Source of the DNA: Flavobacteriales bacterium | GTDB lineage: Bacteria; Bacteroidota; Bacteroidia; Flavobacteriales; TMED113 | Direction: 5' to 3' | DNA length: 64,000 nt | Assembly (NCBI GenBank): GCA_002701365.1 | Contig: NZUK01000002.1 | Coordinates: 46,195 to 110,194, forward strand | Shown: in pieces, positions 18,800 to 28,554 of the stretch | Position numbering within the stretch: the first letter of the stretch is position 1 | Layout of the letters: each line of letters begins with the position of its first letter | The notes under the pieces: model-generated | Told to the model about the DNA's origin: nothing | The model's database searches: none | What the model saw: only the letters and a program-made list of their open reading frames with translations | Translations under genes and position numbers: made by a program

Positions 18800-19962
18800 T
18801 TTTTATATATTAATTGGGTTGCTATTTTTCGTGTCTCAAAATCTACACAAAGATAATCTTCTATTTTAGGATTTTGAACAAAAATAGACTTTTCTAATGA
18901 TTTTTCAACTACCCTAATCATTCCTAAAAAAGAGATCTGTTTATTTAAAAAGGCGTCGACAGCAATTTCATTGGCAGCATTTAATGAACAAGCATACGTT
19001 CCCCCTTTCGCAAGACATTCATAAGCTAATCGTAAATGAGGAAATCGTGTCTTGTCAGGATTTAAAAAGGTTAATGATTGAATTTTTGCTAAATCAAAAT
19101 CCTCAATAGGATAATTTATTCTATCAGGATAACTCAGTGCATATAAAATAGGTATGGTCATACTTGGAAGTCCCAATTGAGCCTTAATAGAGCCATCAAT
19201 AAATTCAACAAGACTATGTATTATTGACTGAGGATGAATAACTATGTCAATCTTTTTTTCATGTACACCAAACAACCAATATGCCTCAATTAACTCAAAC
19301 CCCTTGTTCATCAAGGTTGCAGAATCGATAGTAATCTTATTTCCCATACTCCAATTAGGGTGCTTTAAAGCGTCTTCTACGCGAATATTTTTGAAATCAG
19401 ATTTCGAACAATTTAAAAATGGACCACCAGAAGCCGTGAGGATTAATTTGCTTATGTTTTTGTTTTTTTCTCCCACCAAACATTGTAAAATAGCAGAGTG
19501 TTCAGAGTCTACAGGTATAATTGGGGCGTTGTATTCTTTTGCCAAAGACATAATAAGTTCACCCGCAATCACTAAGGTTTCTTTATTTGCTAAAGCGATT
19601 TTTTTCCCACTCTTAATTGCAGCAATTGTTGGAAGTAGACCAGCACGGCCAACAACGGCCGTTAAAACTAAATCACAATCCAATTCCTCAATCAATTTAC
19701 ATAAAGAGTCTTCTCCCAACAAAACAATAGTTTTTTCTTTATTAAGATTTTTTGACAAAAAACGATATCCCTCTTCACAATTAATTACAATATATTTTGG
19801 ATTAAAATCAAGAGCCTGCCTATATAGTAGCATATAGTTTTTATTACAGGTTAAAAGATGAGCGCTAAAAAGAGAGGGTTTTTGTTTTATTATTTCTAAA
19901 GACTGAACACCAATAGAGCCCGTAGAACCCAAAATAGCAATTTTTTGTTTTTTATTATACAT
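18796..19962 (-). CDS. dxr: 1-deoxy-D-xylulose-5-phosphate reductoisomerase
   Basis: ILGSTGSIG NADPH motif, LANKE, DSEHSAI and NKG motifs. The dxr-rseP linkage is typical. Confidence 0.95.
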   Translation of the reverse strand: MYNKKQKIAILGSTGSIGVQSLEIIKQKPSLFSAHLLTCNKNYMLLYRQALDFNPKYIVINCEEGYRFLSKNLNKEKTIVLLGEDSLCKLIEELDCDLVLTAVVGRAGLLPTIAAIKSGKKIALANKETLVIAGELIMSLAKEYNAPIIPVDSEHSAILQCLVGEKNKNISKLILTASGGPFLNCSKSDFKNIRVEDALKHPNWSMGNKITIDSATLMNKGFELIEAYWLFGVHEKKIDIVIHPQSIIHSLVEFIDGSIKAQLGLPSMTIPILYALSYPDRINYPIEDFDLAKIQSLTFLNPDKTRFPHLRLAYECLAKGGTYACSLNAANEIAVDAFLNKQISFLGMIRVVEKSLEKSIFVQNPKIEDYLCVDFETRKIATQLIYKK

Positions 19963-21445
19963 AGTTTTTTAATAAAAATTCCGCAATCTTCCGCCCGTTA
20001 GACAAATGAGGACATTTATTTTGACCCCCAAATTTACCAATAGATTTCATATAACCATTAAAACCACCATTTTTAACAAGTTGTATTTTTAAATTAGAAA
20101 TAACACCCGAGATAATCAAGTCTTTGTAATATATGTTTTGATTTATCATCATTTGATTTAAATAACTACTGAAAGCAGGAAGATTATTTGGGACTTTATT
20201 AAACTCAATAAACCACTCGTGATGAGAATTTCCTGGATTGTTGCAAATTTTTGGACACACACTAAACTCAGAAACACGTCCACCAAACTTAATTAATGCC
20301 ATCGTTAAAGCCTCCTGAACTTCTTTTTCTATTACATGTTCGCCAAAAGCAGAGCAATATTGAGAAGCCCTTCCGCTAAATTTAATTTTATAAGGACTTA
20401 AAGAAATAAAAGAAACCGTATCCCCAACATTATAAGCCCATAGGCCAGCCACCGTCGTTACAATCATTACATAGTCGACATTTAATTGTACCCCTTCAAG
20501 AGGAACACGGTTCATTAATCCATTTTTGAAATCAACTAAAGAAATAAATTCATAAAAAACCCCATGACTAGTTAATAATAAAAGTCCACTCGAATCTAAT
20601 AGGTTTTGATATCCAAAAAAACCCTCAGACGCAGGATAAACCTCAAGGGTATCAATATTCCCACACAACTTAAAGAAAAGTTTTTTATACACCTCAAAAG
20701 AGGTTCCGCCATGTATATATAATTTTAAGTTTTTAAAAACATCTTTAGCAGTTTTTTTGTTTGTATAATTAAGTAGCGCCTCTAAGTAGGTTATAACCCA
20801 GGGTGGAATACCTCCTAAAATTTGCATGTCTTGATTCCAGGTCTCCTGAACGATATTCTCAATTTTATTTTCCCAAGGCGTGATAGAATTGGTTTTCATG
20901 GACGGAAACCGATTTTTTTTAAGATAAAAAGGAATGTGTCTTGCGGAAATTCCGGACAACTTACCAAACGGAATCTTATTATAGTATTTTACTTCGGGAG
21001 TTCCTTGAATAAACATCATTCCTGCATTTGAAAAATTATAATTATTGGTTTGGAAAGCATATAATAACAGCAGCTCTTTGATTGCTTGAGACTGAAAATC
21101 CCACATGGTTTTTGTTAAAGGAATGTATTTGGTTCCAGATGTAGTTCCAGATGTAATAGCAAAATACATAGGAGACTCAGATGTTAAAACATTTTTTTCA
21201 CCATTAGAAATACGAACAATAAGATCCTTATAGTTTTCATAGCCTGATATTGGTATATTTTTCACAAAATCACTATAACCAACAATAGAATTTCTAGTAA
21301 CCCGCCTTACATATAAGCTCTTTCGACCTTTTTTAATTATATTTTTTAGTGTTTTGTCTTGGTTTTCAATTGCCCGTTTTTGGTTTAGGACACTTGATTT
21401 ATGTGTTTTTTTTGCTAATAATTTTAAAATAAAAGACGACACCAT
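19955..21445 (-). CDS. GH3-family (acyl-adenylate-forming, auxin-responsive-promoter family) protein
   Basis: About 500 aa with the adenylation P-loop-like TSGTTSGTKYIP and overall GH3-like layout. This family is common in Bacteroidota with unknown substrate. Confidence 0.65.
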   Translation of the reverse strand: MVSSFILKLLAKKTHKSSVLNQKRAIENQDKTLKNIIKKGRKSLYVRRVTRNSIVGYSDFVKNIPISGYENYKDLIVRISNGEKNVLTSESPMYFAITSGTTSGTKYIPLTKTMWDFQSQAIKELLLLYAFQTNNYNFSNAGMMFIQGTPEVKYYNKIPFGKLSGISARHIPFYLKKNRFPSMKTNSITPWENKIENIVQETWNQDMQILGGIPPWVITYLEALLNYTNKKTAKDVFKNLKLYIHGGTSFEVYKKLFFKLCGNIDTLEVYPASEGFFGYQNLLDSSGLLLLTSHGVFYEFISLVDFKNGLMNRVPLEGVQLNVDYVMIVTTVAGLWAYNVGDTVSFISLSPYKIKFSGRASQYCSAFGEHVIEKEVQEALTMALIKFGGRVSEFSVCPKICNNPGNSHHEWFIEFNKVPNNLPAFSSYLNQMMINQNIYYKDLIISGVISNLKIQLVKNGGFNGYMKSIGKFGGQNKCPHLSNGRKIAEFLLKNYV

Positions 21446-21450
21446 GGTAA

Positions 21451-22356
21451 TTAAAAATCAATATAGTCTTCTGGGTTAATAGGGTTCCCATTTTGCCACA
21501 ACTCAAAATGTAGGTGTGGTCCAGAGGAGGTTTCACCACTATTACCAATAATGCCCACAACCTCACCAGCCTTTACTAGGTCATTATTTTTTTTTGTTAT
21601 AGAAGAGTTGTGCATATAAACAGATATAATGTTTTCGGGGTGCTGAATAATAATTGTGTGCCCCCCCGAAACAGACCAATCTGAAAAGATAACAACCCCA
21701 TCCAACGTAGCTTTTACAGAAGCATTTGAAGCCGAGACAACATCTACGCCAAAATGGTTTTCAGAAAAATTAAACGCACTGGTTATCAACCCCTCTACAG
21801 GCTTAAAAAAAACCAAATCCTCTAATCGAGAATTAGAAACAACATATGATACAGGAATGTTATAAAGGTCTTCGTTTTCAACACTTTTTCTTAAAATAGA
21901 ATCGTCTTTAGATGGCGAAAGTTCAAGGTTTTCAAAAACAATAGAACTATCTTTTCTAAAAACAATAACACTATCAACCACCTCACCAGATATTATTTTA
22001 TTTACAACATTAATGTATTGTGACTTCAAACTCAAGTCTTTTTCCAGTGAATCAACGGTTATTATTAACTCAATAATCTCGCTCTTTTTTAAGTCCACAG
22101 ATTGGGGTAAAAATTCTTTTAGGGGTGTTTTAGAGATCAATAAATAAAAACAAAAGAATAATAATAAAATAAAATAAATACCATAAACAACAATCTGGTA
22201 AGCTTGAAAAGAGACAAGGGGCCGCTCTTTTAAAGAGGCTTTATTTATTGCTGAAACCCTGAAAGATTTAAAAAAAACACTAAAAAACGAATTTCGAAAA
22301 TAATTTTTAGACAAAATAATACAGGTGTTAATAGAATTTATACACAAATATCGCAA
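21451..22356 (-). CDS. M23-family peptidoglycan metalloendopeptidase, membrane-anchored
   Basis: HFGVDV (HxxxD) and GPHLHFELW (HxH) catalytic motifs plus an N-terminal TM helix. The start is uncertain: the listed start is a TTG and there is no early ATG. Confidence 0.8.
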   Translation of the reverse strand: MRYLCINSINTCIILSKNYFRNSFFSVFFKSFRVSAINKASLKERPLVSFQAYQIVVYGIYFILLLFFCFYLLISKTPLKEFLPQSVDLKKSEIIELIITVDSLEKDLSLKSQYINVVNKIISGEVVDSVIVFRKDSSIVFENLELSPSKDDSILRKSVENEDLYNIPVSYVVSNSRLEDLVFFKPVEGLITSAFNFSENHFGVDVVSASNASVKATLDGVVIFSDWSVSGGHTIIIQHPENIISVYMHNSSITKKNNDLVKAGEVVGIIGNSGETSSGPHLHFELWQNGNPINPEDYIDF

Positions 22357-22431
22357 ATAGTATTATCAAAACATATGGATAGTTCAAAAAATAAAATAAT
22401 TTTATATGCGTTTTCTTTTTAATATAAAAAA

Positions 22432-25029
22432 ATGAAAAATAGAATTAATTGTTTAAAAAAAATCAACAAACCACTCCTGGGTGTGCTTTTTTTATTTTTA
22501 AGCTGTTCGACCCAAAAGGATGCATTGCCAAATCGTTTATACCATCAACTAAACACACAGTACAATGGCCTTTTTTATGCAGACCAATACCTTTCAGAGG
22601 GTATTGATAAAATAGAGTCTCTCCATGAAGACAATTACAAAAACACTTTAACAATAAACCAATATGGAAGCATAAAGAACGCGCAAAACGCTCAGTCTTC
22701 TCTTGACCAAGCTATTGAAAAATCAAAAATTGCAATACAACAACATTCTATGGAAATAAAGGGTGATGAGAAAAATAGGCTAATTAATAAAAATTATATG
22801 ATTATAGGAAAATCACAATTCTATAAACAAGACTATGCGGGAGCAATAAATACTTTTAACTATTTAGCTAGAAAATCCAAGGACGCCAATGCTCAGTCTG
22901 AGGCTTTACTTTGGGCAACACGGTGTCACCAACAGGCAAACAACATTGAATCATTAAGAAAAAATTTAATTTTACTAGAAGAGGAGTATTTTTTAAACAA
23001 AGATCAAGACGCTTTTTTAGACGAAATACAGGCAGAAATGTCGATAAAAGAAGGTTACTATGCGGAAGCCATACACCACCTAGAAAAAGTATTAAAAAAA
23101 TCAAAAAACAAAAACAAGCAAACACGAATACATTATATAATTGGTCAGCTCAACTTGCAGCTTGGCGAGCCGAATCTAACAGAATCGCTATACCACTTTA
23201 ATCAAGTCATAAAAAAAAACCCGGACTACGAGTTTGTGTTTAATGCTAAGCTTATGCGCGCAAAAACCTATGACCCGAATCTTGCCCCCAGTAATAAGGA
23301 TAAAGCAAACTTTAATGATTTTAAAAAAAGCTTGGAAAAAATGTTAAAAGATGTTAAAAATACAGAATATAAAGATCAGATTTATTTTGCACTAGGCAGC
23401 CTTGAGCTTAATAATCTAGACACAACCTCGGCAATTAGGTCACTAACACTTTCAACCAGTTATAGCTTATTTAACAATATTCAAAAACTTGAATCTCATT
23501 ATTTGTTGGCCAATATTTTTTGGGACAAAAAACAATATATAAAATCATATCACCATTGTGATTCGGCATACCAGCTTTCAGACCAGAAAACCCTAAAATA
23601 CTCTGAAATTAAAAACATGCGCAGGAACGCCCAAAAAGTGGCAAAACAATATACAATTATTAATTACAACGACAGTATAATAGAATTGGCTGGTCTGCCG
23701 GAAAAAGAGCGCAATACAATAATAGACAACCACATAAAAGAACTCAAAGAGCAAGATCAACAATCCAAAAAAGACGAAGCCAACAACATGTCAAACACAA
23801 ATTTTAATTCATATGAATTTAATCGCCAAAGTCAAAACAGCATGAACATCTCTTCAGGGGGTGGCTGGTATTTTTATAATCCATCAGCCATTAGTCTAGG
23901 GTATTCGGAGTTTTTATCTAGGTGGGGCAATAGAAAGCTAGAAGACAACTGGAGAAGAAAAAATAAAAACAGAACCAACATAGAGGAAGAACTAGATGAA
24001 GAAAGTCTTGTTTCTGGCCCAACAGAACAAGAAAAATACAGCAGAGATTATTACATAAGTCTTCTTCCGCTTACCGACGAAGAGCAACTGGTTTTATTGT
24101 CAAAAGTGGAACTTGCGTATTATGAATTAGCAAATATTTTTAAGGAAGACTTAGAAGATTATCCTCAGTCAATTATTACCTATCAGGAGTTAAAAACAAG
24201 ATTTCCTTCAACAGACTACAAACAGTTAATATATTTTGACCTTTTTAGCATTTACCAAATACAAAATGACACAATACGCGCATCAAACATCTTTTCAAAA
24301 ATAGAAGAAGAGTTTCCTGACAGCAAATACCTGAAAGTTTTAAGGGGGGACACAATACAAAATATGGATATAAATTTAGATAAAAAATTGTACCACCAGG
24401 CGTATGATCTATATACTGATTTCACAGACCAGTCTTGCCAACAGCTTAGAGAGCTCTTAGATACCAGTGTTCAAAGCGAGTTCCTTCCTCAAATAGAACT
24501 GCTTAATGCATTTTGTCAAGCCCGTCATTCCGACAAACAATCCTTTATCAATGCTTTAAAAAAAATAAGCGCCGAACATCCCTCTACGAGCGTTTCAAAC
24601 AGAGCGGACAGTATGGTTTTGATTTTAAAAGGAGAATTAGATTTTAATCCAGAAAACAAATATAAAAACGAATTTAAAATCGACCATTTCTTCTTTTTTA
24701 CAATTGAAGACGTTTCTTTGAATTTACCAGAAACACAAATGGCAATATCCAAATTTAATAATACAAACTATAAACTGGATAGCCTAATAACCACCAACAC
24801 ACTTTTAAACAAGCAGGTGCAATTATTAAAAGTGGGGGCATTTAAAGACAAAGAATCCGCATACGCATATTATGAATTAATACAAGAAAATAATTTAACA
24901 AAACAAATATTTTTAAACCCGAAGGTCACACCATTTATTATTAGTAACAAAAATTATGTAACCTTAATCAATGAAAAAGACATTAATGAATATCAACGTT
25001 ATTTTAATCAAATATATTTATTAAATTGA
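22432..25029 (+). CDS. TPR-repeat lipoprotein, SprE/PorW-like (T9SS/gliding-associated)
   Basis: Lipobox LFLSCSTQ, TPR-like repeats and 865 aa, close to the length I recall for Flavobacterium SprE. It sits upstream of bactofilin and the atp operon, as I recall for Flavobacterium. The assignment is by recollection, not search. Confidence 0.5.
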   Translation: MKNRINCLKKINKPLLGVLFLFLSCSTQKDALPNRLYHQLNTQYNGLFYADQYLSEGIDKIESLHEDNYKNTLTINQYGSIKNAQNAQSSLDQAIEKSKIAIQQHSMEIKGDEKNRLINKNYMIIGKSQFYKQDYAGAINTFNYLARKSKDANAQSEALLWATRCHQQANNIESLRKNLILLEEEYFLNKDQDAFLDEIQAEMSIKEGYYAEAIHHLEKVLKKSKNKNKQTRIHYIIGQLNLQLGEPNLTESLYHFNQVIKKNPDYEFVFNAKLMRAKTYDPNLAPSNKDKANFNDFKKSLEKMLKDVKNTEYKDQIYFALGSLELNNLDTTSAIRSLTLSTSYSLFNNIQKLESHYLLANIFWDKKQYIKSYHHCDSAYQLSDQKTLKYSEIKNMRRNAQKVAKQYTIINYNDSIIELAGLPEKERNTIIDNHIKELKEQDQQSKKDEANNMSNTNFNSYEFNRQSQNSMNISSGGGWYFYNPSAISLGYSEFLSRWGNRKLEDNWRRKNKNRTNIEEELDEESLVSGPTEQEKYSRDYYISLLPLTDEEQLVLLSKVELAYYELANIFKEDLEDYPQSIITYQELKTRFPSTDYKQLIYFDLFSIYQIQNDTIRASNIFSKIEEEFPDSKYLKVLRGDTIQNMDINLDKKLYHQAYDLYTDFTDQSCQQLRELLDTSVQSEFLPQIELLNAFCQARHSDKQSFINALKKISAEHPSTSVSNRADSMVLILKGELDFNPENKYKNEFKIDHFFFFTIEDVSLNLPETQMAISKFNNTNYKLDSLITTNTLLNKQVQLLKVGAFKDKESAYAYYELIQENNLTKQIFLNPKVTPFIISNKNYVTLINEKDINEYQRYFNQIYLLN

Positions 25030-25048
25030 CCCATTAAATTATATTGAA

Positions 25049-25450
25049 ATGTTGAAATCATCAGACAAAAGTCACGAAATAAATTTTATAGCTAATGGCT
25101 CAAAGCTTGAAGGGGATTTAACTTCAGAAGGAGACATTAGGATAGATGGACACTTAATAGGATCAATCAAAACACAGGGAAGAATTGTGCTAGGAGAAGG
25201 AGGGTTAATTGAAGGAGAGGTGCTGTGTAAAACAGGGATAATAGGTGGAGAAATTAAAGCAAATATTGTTTCAGAAGAATTACTAACTCTTAAGTCAACC
25301 GCCAAACTTAATGGAGAGATTACTGCCGGGAAACTGGCGATTGAGCCTGGAGCGAACTTTACAGGAAAGTGTAGTATGGGCCCACTAGTGAAAGACATAA
25401 ATAAAAGAACACACAACTCAAACTCCCACGAAAAAGAACAAACAGCATAA
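25049..25450 (+). CDS. Bactofilin (polymer-forming cytoskeletal protein)
   Basis: Repetitive beta-helical motif (G.L.SEGDIRIDGHLIGSIKTQGRIVLGEGGLIEGEV..) typical of the bactofilin/DUF583 core, with a polar tail. Confidence 0.8.
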   Translation: MLKSSDKSHEINFIANGSKLEGDLTSEGDIRIDGHLIGSIKTQGRIVLGEGGLIEGEVLCKTGIIGGEIKANIVSEELLTLKSTAKLNGEITAGKLAIEPGANFTGKCSMGPLVKDINKRTHNSNSHEKEQTA

Positions 25451-25464
25451 TAGTAAAAGAAAGC

Positions 25465-25851
25465 ATGAAAAAACACTTAACAACAAACATGCTTTTATCT
25501 TTAAGCTTGCTGGGTTGCTTGTGTTTTTTTTCACACCTATTTAATTGGGGTCTTGAAATTTACCATTATAGCGTGATTCTTTTTTTCTTGACAATATATG
25601 TTTTTCAGTCTGTTATATTATTTAAAGTTGCTAAAACATCACTACAGTTTGTGTCAATATATAACTTTACAACAATGTTAAAAATGGCTCTTTCTGCATT
25701 ATTTTTAGTCGCGTATTATGTGCTTTTTTCACACTTATTTGAAACACAACAAAATATCTGGTTCACACTATTTTTTCTCGGCACATATTTTATGTATTTA
25801 ATTATTAATACGATTATTTTATTTTCAAAAGGGGGTGAAAAAAAAATTTAA
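25465..25851 (+). CDS. Small integral membrane protein (about 4 TM), unknown function
   Basis: Hydrophobic 128-aa ORF co-directional with, and immediately upstream of, the atp genes. No motif recognised. Confidence 0.4.
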   Translation: MKKHLTTNMLLSLSLLGCLCFFSHLFNWGLEIYHYSVILFFLTIYVFQSVILFKVAKTSLQFVSIYNFTTMLKMALSALFLVAYYVLFSHLFETQQNIWFTLFFLGTYFMYLIINTIILFSKGGEKKI

Positions 25852-26041
25852 TGGCAAAATTTTTAAATATTTTTTTGTAGGAACACAGATTGCAACTACA
25901 GTTTTTGTTTCAACACTTATTGGCTACCAAATAGATGTTTTTTGCAAACACAACACATATATAATTACAGTTGCCTTTTCTTCACTATCTATTTTCTACG
26001 CATTATATGCTTTAATTCAAGACGTCAACAAACAAAAATAA
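25835..26041 (+). CDS. AtpZ/AtpI-like small membrane protein
   Basis: GTG start overlapping the previous ORF by 17 nt. Two TM segments. FKYFFVGTQIATTVFVSTLIGYQID resembles the AtpZ pattern. It sits directly before atpB. Confidence 0.5.
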   Translation: MKKKFNGKIFKYFFVGTQIATTVFVSTLIGYQIDVFCKHNTYIITVAFSSLSIFYALYALIQDVNKQK

Positions 26042-26088
26042 TAGAAAAAAACATATTAATAATAGGAGGTTTTTAATTATAAATTAAT

Positions 26089-26096
26089 TACTTTTG
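26089..26096 (+). promoter_or_regulatory. Candidate -7 box (TAnnTTTG) for the atp operon
   Basis: TACTTTTG ends 37 nt upstream of the atpB ATG, in a 92-nt spacer. Confidence 0.4.
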
Positions 26097-26133
26097 TTTT
26101 CGATTAAAAAAACGCTTAAATAATCATCATACT

Positions 26134-27192
26134 ATGATGCTTCGATTAGTTTTTGGGTTGTTTCTCCTTAGCACGATTTTACATTCATCGCCAGAATTCG
26201 GCGACCCCTCTAATGAATCCCACAACAACAAAAAGTTCGAGCCGGGAAAAATGATTATGCACCATATTCTAGACTCACACGAGTGGCATGTTTTTGACTG
26301 GAAAGGCAAGGCTTTTTCAATTCCACTTCCGATTATTATTTATCATGAAACAAAGGGTTTAAGTACATTTATGTCCTCAAAGTTTAATCACGGCCATGAC
26401 ACACATAAAGGCTATATGATGGATCACGGAAACATAGTCTGTGTCAATGAAATGGGAGAAGTTGATCAAAATGAAACTAGTAAAATTTGGGATTTTTCAA
26501 TAACTAAAAATGTGTTTTCACTATTTTTTAGCATTATAATACTATTGTCAATTTTTTTAACAATTAGTAAAAAGTATAATGTGCGAGCCAATAGAGCCCC
26601 AAGCGGACTGCAATCATTTTTAGAGCCAATAATTATTTTTATTAGAGATGATATTGCAAAGTCTGCTATTGGCGAAAAAGATTACCAGCGATACCTTCCC
26701 TTTTTATTAACGGTGTTCTTTTTTATTTTTCTTAATAATTTACTGGGACTTGTTCCACTTTTTCCTGGCGGAGCAAACCTAACGGGCAATATTGCTGTAC
26801 CCATGGTTATGTCAGCAATGGTTTTTATAATAACAACTTTAAGTGGCAAGAAATACTACTGGAAACATATTTTTGCAATGCCTGGCGTTCCAAAGCCAGT
26901 TTTGCTAATACTAACACCAATAGAAATTTTTGGGGTTTTATTAAAACCTCTAGTATTAATGATAAGGTTATTTGCTAATATTACAGCAGGACATATAATT
27001 ATTTTATCTTTTTTAAGTATGATATTTATATTTGGAGAAATGCACCCTGCCGCAGGGTACGGCGTGTCTGTCTTCTCAGGAATGTTTGTGTTGTTTATGT
27101 TAACCTTAGAGTTATTAGTTGCTTTTTTGCAGGCTTATGTATTTACATTGTTAGCTGCGATGTATTTTGGTTCGGCTGTTGAGGAGCATTAA
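26134..27192 (+). CDS. atpB: F0F1 ATP synthase subunit a
   Basis: LRLFANITAGH motif with the essential Arg. Multi-TM protein and first gene of the atp cluster. Confidence 0.9.
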   Translation: MMLRLVFGLFLLSTILHSSPEFGDPSNESHNNKKFEPGKMIMHHILDSHEWHVFDWKGKAFSIPLPIIIYHETKGLSTFMSSKFNHGHDTHKGYMMDHGNIVCVNEMGEVDQNETSKIWDFSITKNVFSLFFSIIILLSIFLTISKKYNVRANRAPSGLQSFLEPIIIFIRDDIAKSAIGEKDYQRYLPFLLTVFFFIFLNNLLGLVPLFPGGANLTGNIAVPMVMSAMVFIITTLSGKKYYWKHIFAMPGVPKPVLLILTPIEIFGVLLKPLVLMIRLFANITAGHIIILSFLSMIFIFGEMHPAAGYGVSVFSGMFVLFMLTLELLVAFLQAYVFTLLAAMYFGSAVEEH

Positions 27193-27230
27193 AATATTTA
27201 AAATGAATATGAATTTAAAATCTTTATAAA

Positions 27231-27485
27231 ATGGAATTATTATCAGTTTTACTAGCAACAGATGTTACAGGTTACGGTGTTGCTGCATTAGCGGCAGGTG
27301 TTGCTGCATTAGGAGCCGGCATTGGCATCGGTCACATTGGGAACGGGGCGATGCAAGCAATGGCAAGACAGCCCGAATCTATAAATGACCTTAGAGCAAA
27401 CATGATTCTTATGGCCGCTCTAGTTGAGGGTGCTGCATTTTTTGCGATGGTTATAGGCTTGCTTGTAATTTTTACAATTACATAA
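27231..27485 (+). CDS. atpE: F0F1 ATP synthase subunit c
   Basis: Hairpin proteolipid with an MARQPE loop and a conserved carboxylate helix (LVEGAAFF). Confidence 0.9.
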   Translation: MELLSVLLATDVTGYGVAALAAGVAALGAGIGIGHIGNGAMQAMARQPESINDLRANMILMAALVEGAAFFAMVIGLLVIFTIT

Positions 27486-27516
27486 GACAAAAGAATAAAA
27501 ATATAAAATTACTAGT

Positions 27517-28011
27517 ATGGACTTAGTTAAACCAGACATAGGGTTATTGTTTTGGATGACCACTTGTTTTATTCTTCTTCTTATTTTGATGAGAAAGTTT
27601 GCTTGGGGCCCAATATTAAAAGCCCTTGACGAGAGAGAGCAGGGCATACAATTGGCCCTTGATCAAGCAGAAGCGGCAAAAAAACAGATCGCTGAGGCAA
27701 CAGAAAAAGTTACTGAAATTCTGCAAAAGGGTAGAGCAGAAAAAGAAGAACTTATAAAAGCAACACAAGCAGATTTAGCGGAATATAAACAAGAACAACA
27801 AACCAAAATAAATGCACAAATAGAATCAAAATTAGACGCCGCTAAACAAGAAATCTTGCAACAAAAAAGGGCCGCTTTAGGCGAGTTAACACAAAAAGTT
27901 GGAGAGTTATCCGTGGAGATTGCAGAAAAAATTTTAGAAAAAGAATTAGAAAACCATACACAAAGCAACTCTATAATTGAAAATAGTTTAAAGGGTTTAG
28001 AAATTAAATAA
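27517..28011 (+). CDS. atpF: F0F1 ATP synthase subunit b
   Basis: One N-terminal TM helix followed by a long charged helix. Operon position is between c and delta. Confidence 0.85.
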   Translation: MDLVKPDIGLLFWMTTCFILLLILMRKFAWGPILKALDEREQGIQLALDQAEAAKKQIAEATEKVTEILQKGRAEKEELIKATQADLAEYKQEQQTKINAQIESKLDAAKQEILQQKRAALGELTQKVGELSVEIAEKILEKELENHTQSNSIIENSLKGLEIK

Positions 28012-28012
28012 C

Positions 28013-28543
28013 ATGAAGGGAACAAGGGCATCTTTAAGGTATGCTAAGGCATTATTTGAAACAGCCAAAGAGAGGCAGGTTGCACAAGAAGTTATTTTAA
28101 ACCTTGAGACTTTGGAGAGAATTATAAATAAGAAAACAGAGTTTTTCAACTTAATAAATAATCCTACAATTTCATATAGAAAAAAAGCGAGCTTATTTAA
28201 AGCTATTTTTGACGAAAAATTAAACAATACGACAATGCAGTTTCTTTTTTTAGTTTTAAAAAAGGGTAGAGAATCGTTGCTGGCGGATATTATTAAAAAA
28301 TATAAGTACCTGCATCTCGATGCTCTTAAAATTGTTTCAGCAGAAGTTATAACAGCCAATCAAATAACAAATAGTTTAAGAGACTCAATAAAGAACAAAC
28401 TTAATGCTAATGGGGAGGTTCATTTGACAGAAAAAATAGATAAAAGTATTTTGGGAGGGTTTATAATAAATAGCGGGGACCTACAATATGACGCAAGCGT
28501 TAGAAATAAAATAAACAATGTAAAAAGAGCATTTAAAATATAA
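28013..28543 (+). CDS. atpH: F0F1 ATP synthase subunit delta (OSCP)
   Basis: 176 aa with an OSCP-like C-terminus ([22 protein letters not shown]). Operon position fits. Confidence 0.8.
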   Translation: MKGTRASLRYAKALFETAKERQVAQEVILNLETLERIINKKTEFFNLINNPTISYRKKASLFKAIFDEKLNNTTMQFLFLVLKKGRESLLADIIKKYKYLHLDALKIVSAEVITANQITNSLRDSIKNKLNANGEVHLTEKIDKSILGGFIINSGDLQYDASVRNKINNVKRAFKI

Positions 28544-28554
28544 ATTTTATAAAA

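Noticed and set aside
19244-19837. Long antisense ORFs inside well-supported genes. Examples are the 197-aa ORF opposite dxr, 25072..25476 opposite bactofilin, 27663..28031 and 27997..28359 opposite atpF/atpH, 3888..4262 opposite hppA, 12703..13119 opposite lysS, 43047..43421, 46260..46595 and 56968..57399.
   Set aside because: Each lies fully within a gene whose product has unmistakable conserved motifs. Their translations are low-complexity (Ser/Phe/Leu/Cys-rich) mirror images of biased codon usage. None has a start context or promoter box.
26061-26070. An AGGAGG Shine-Dalgarno-like sequence upstream of atpB.
   Set aside because: No start codon follows at appropriate spacing (the atpB ATG starts 67 nt after the AGGAGG), and Bacteroidota generally do not use SD-led initiation. 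It is likely fortuitous.
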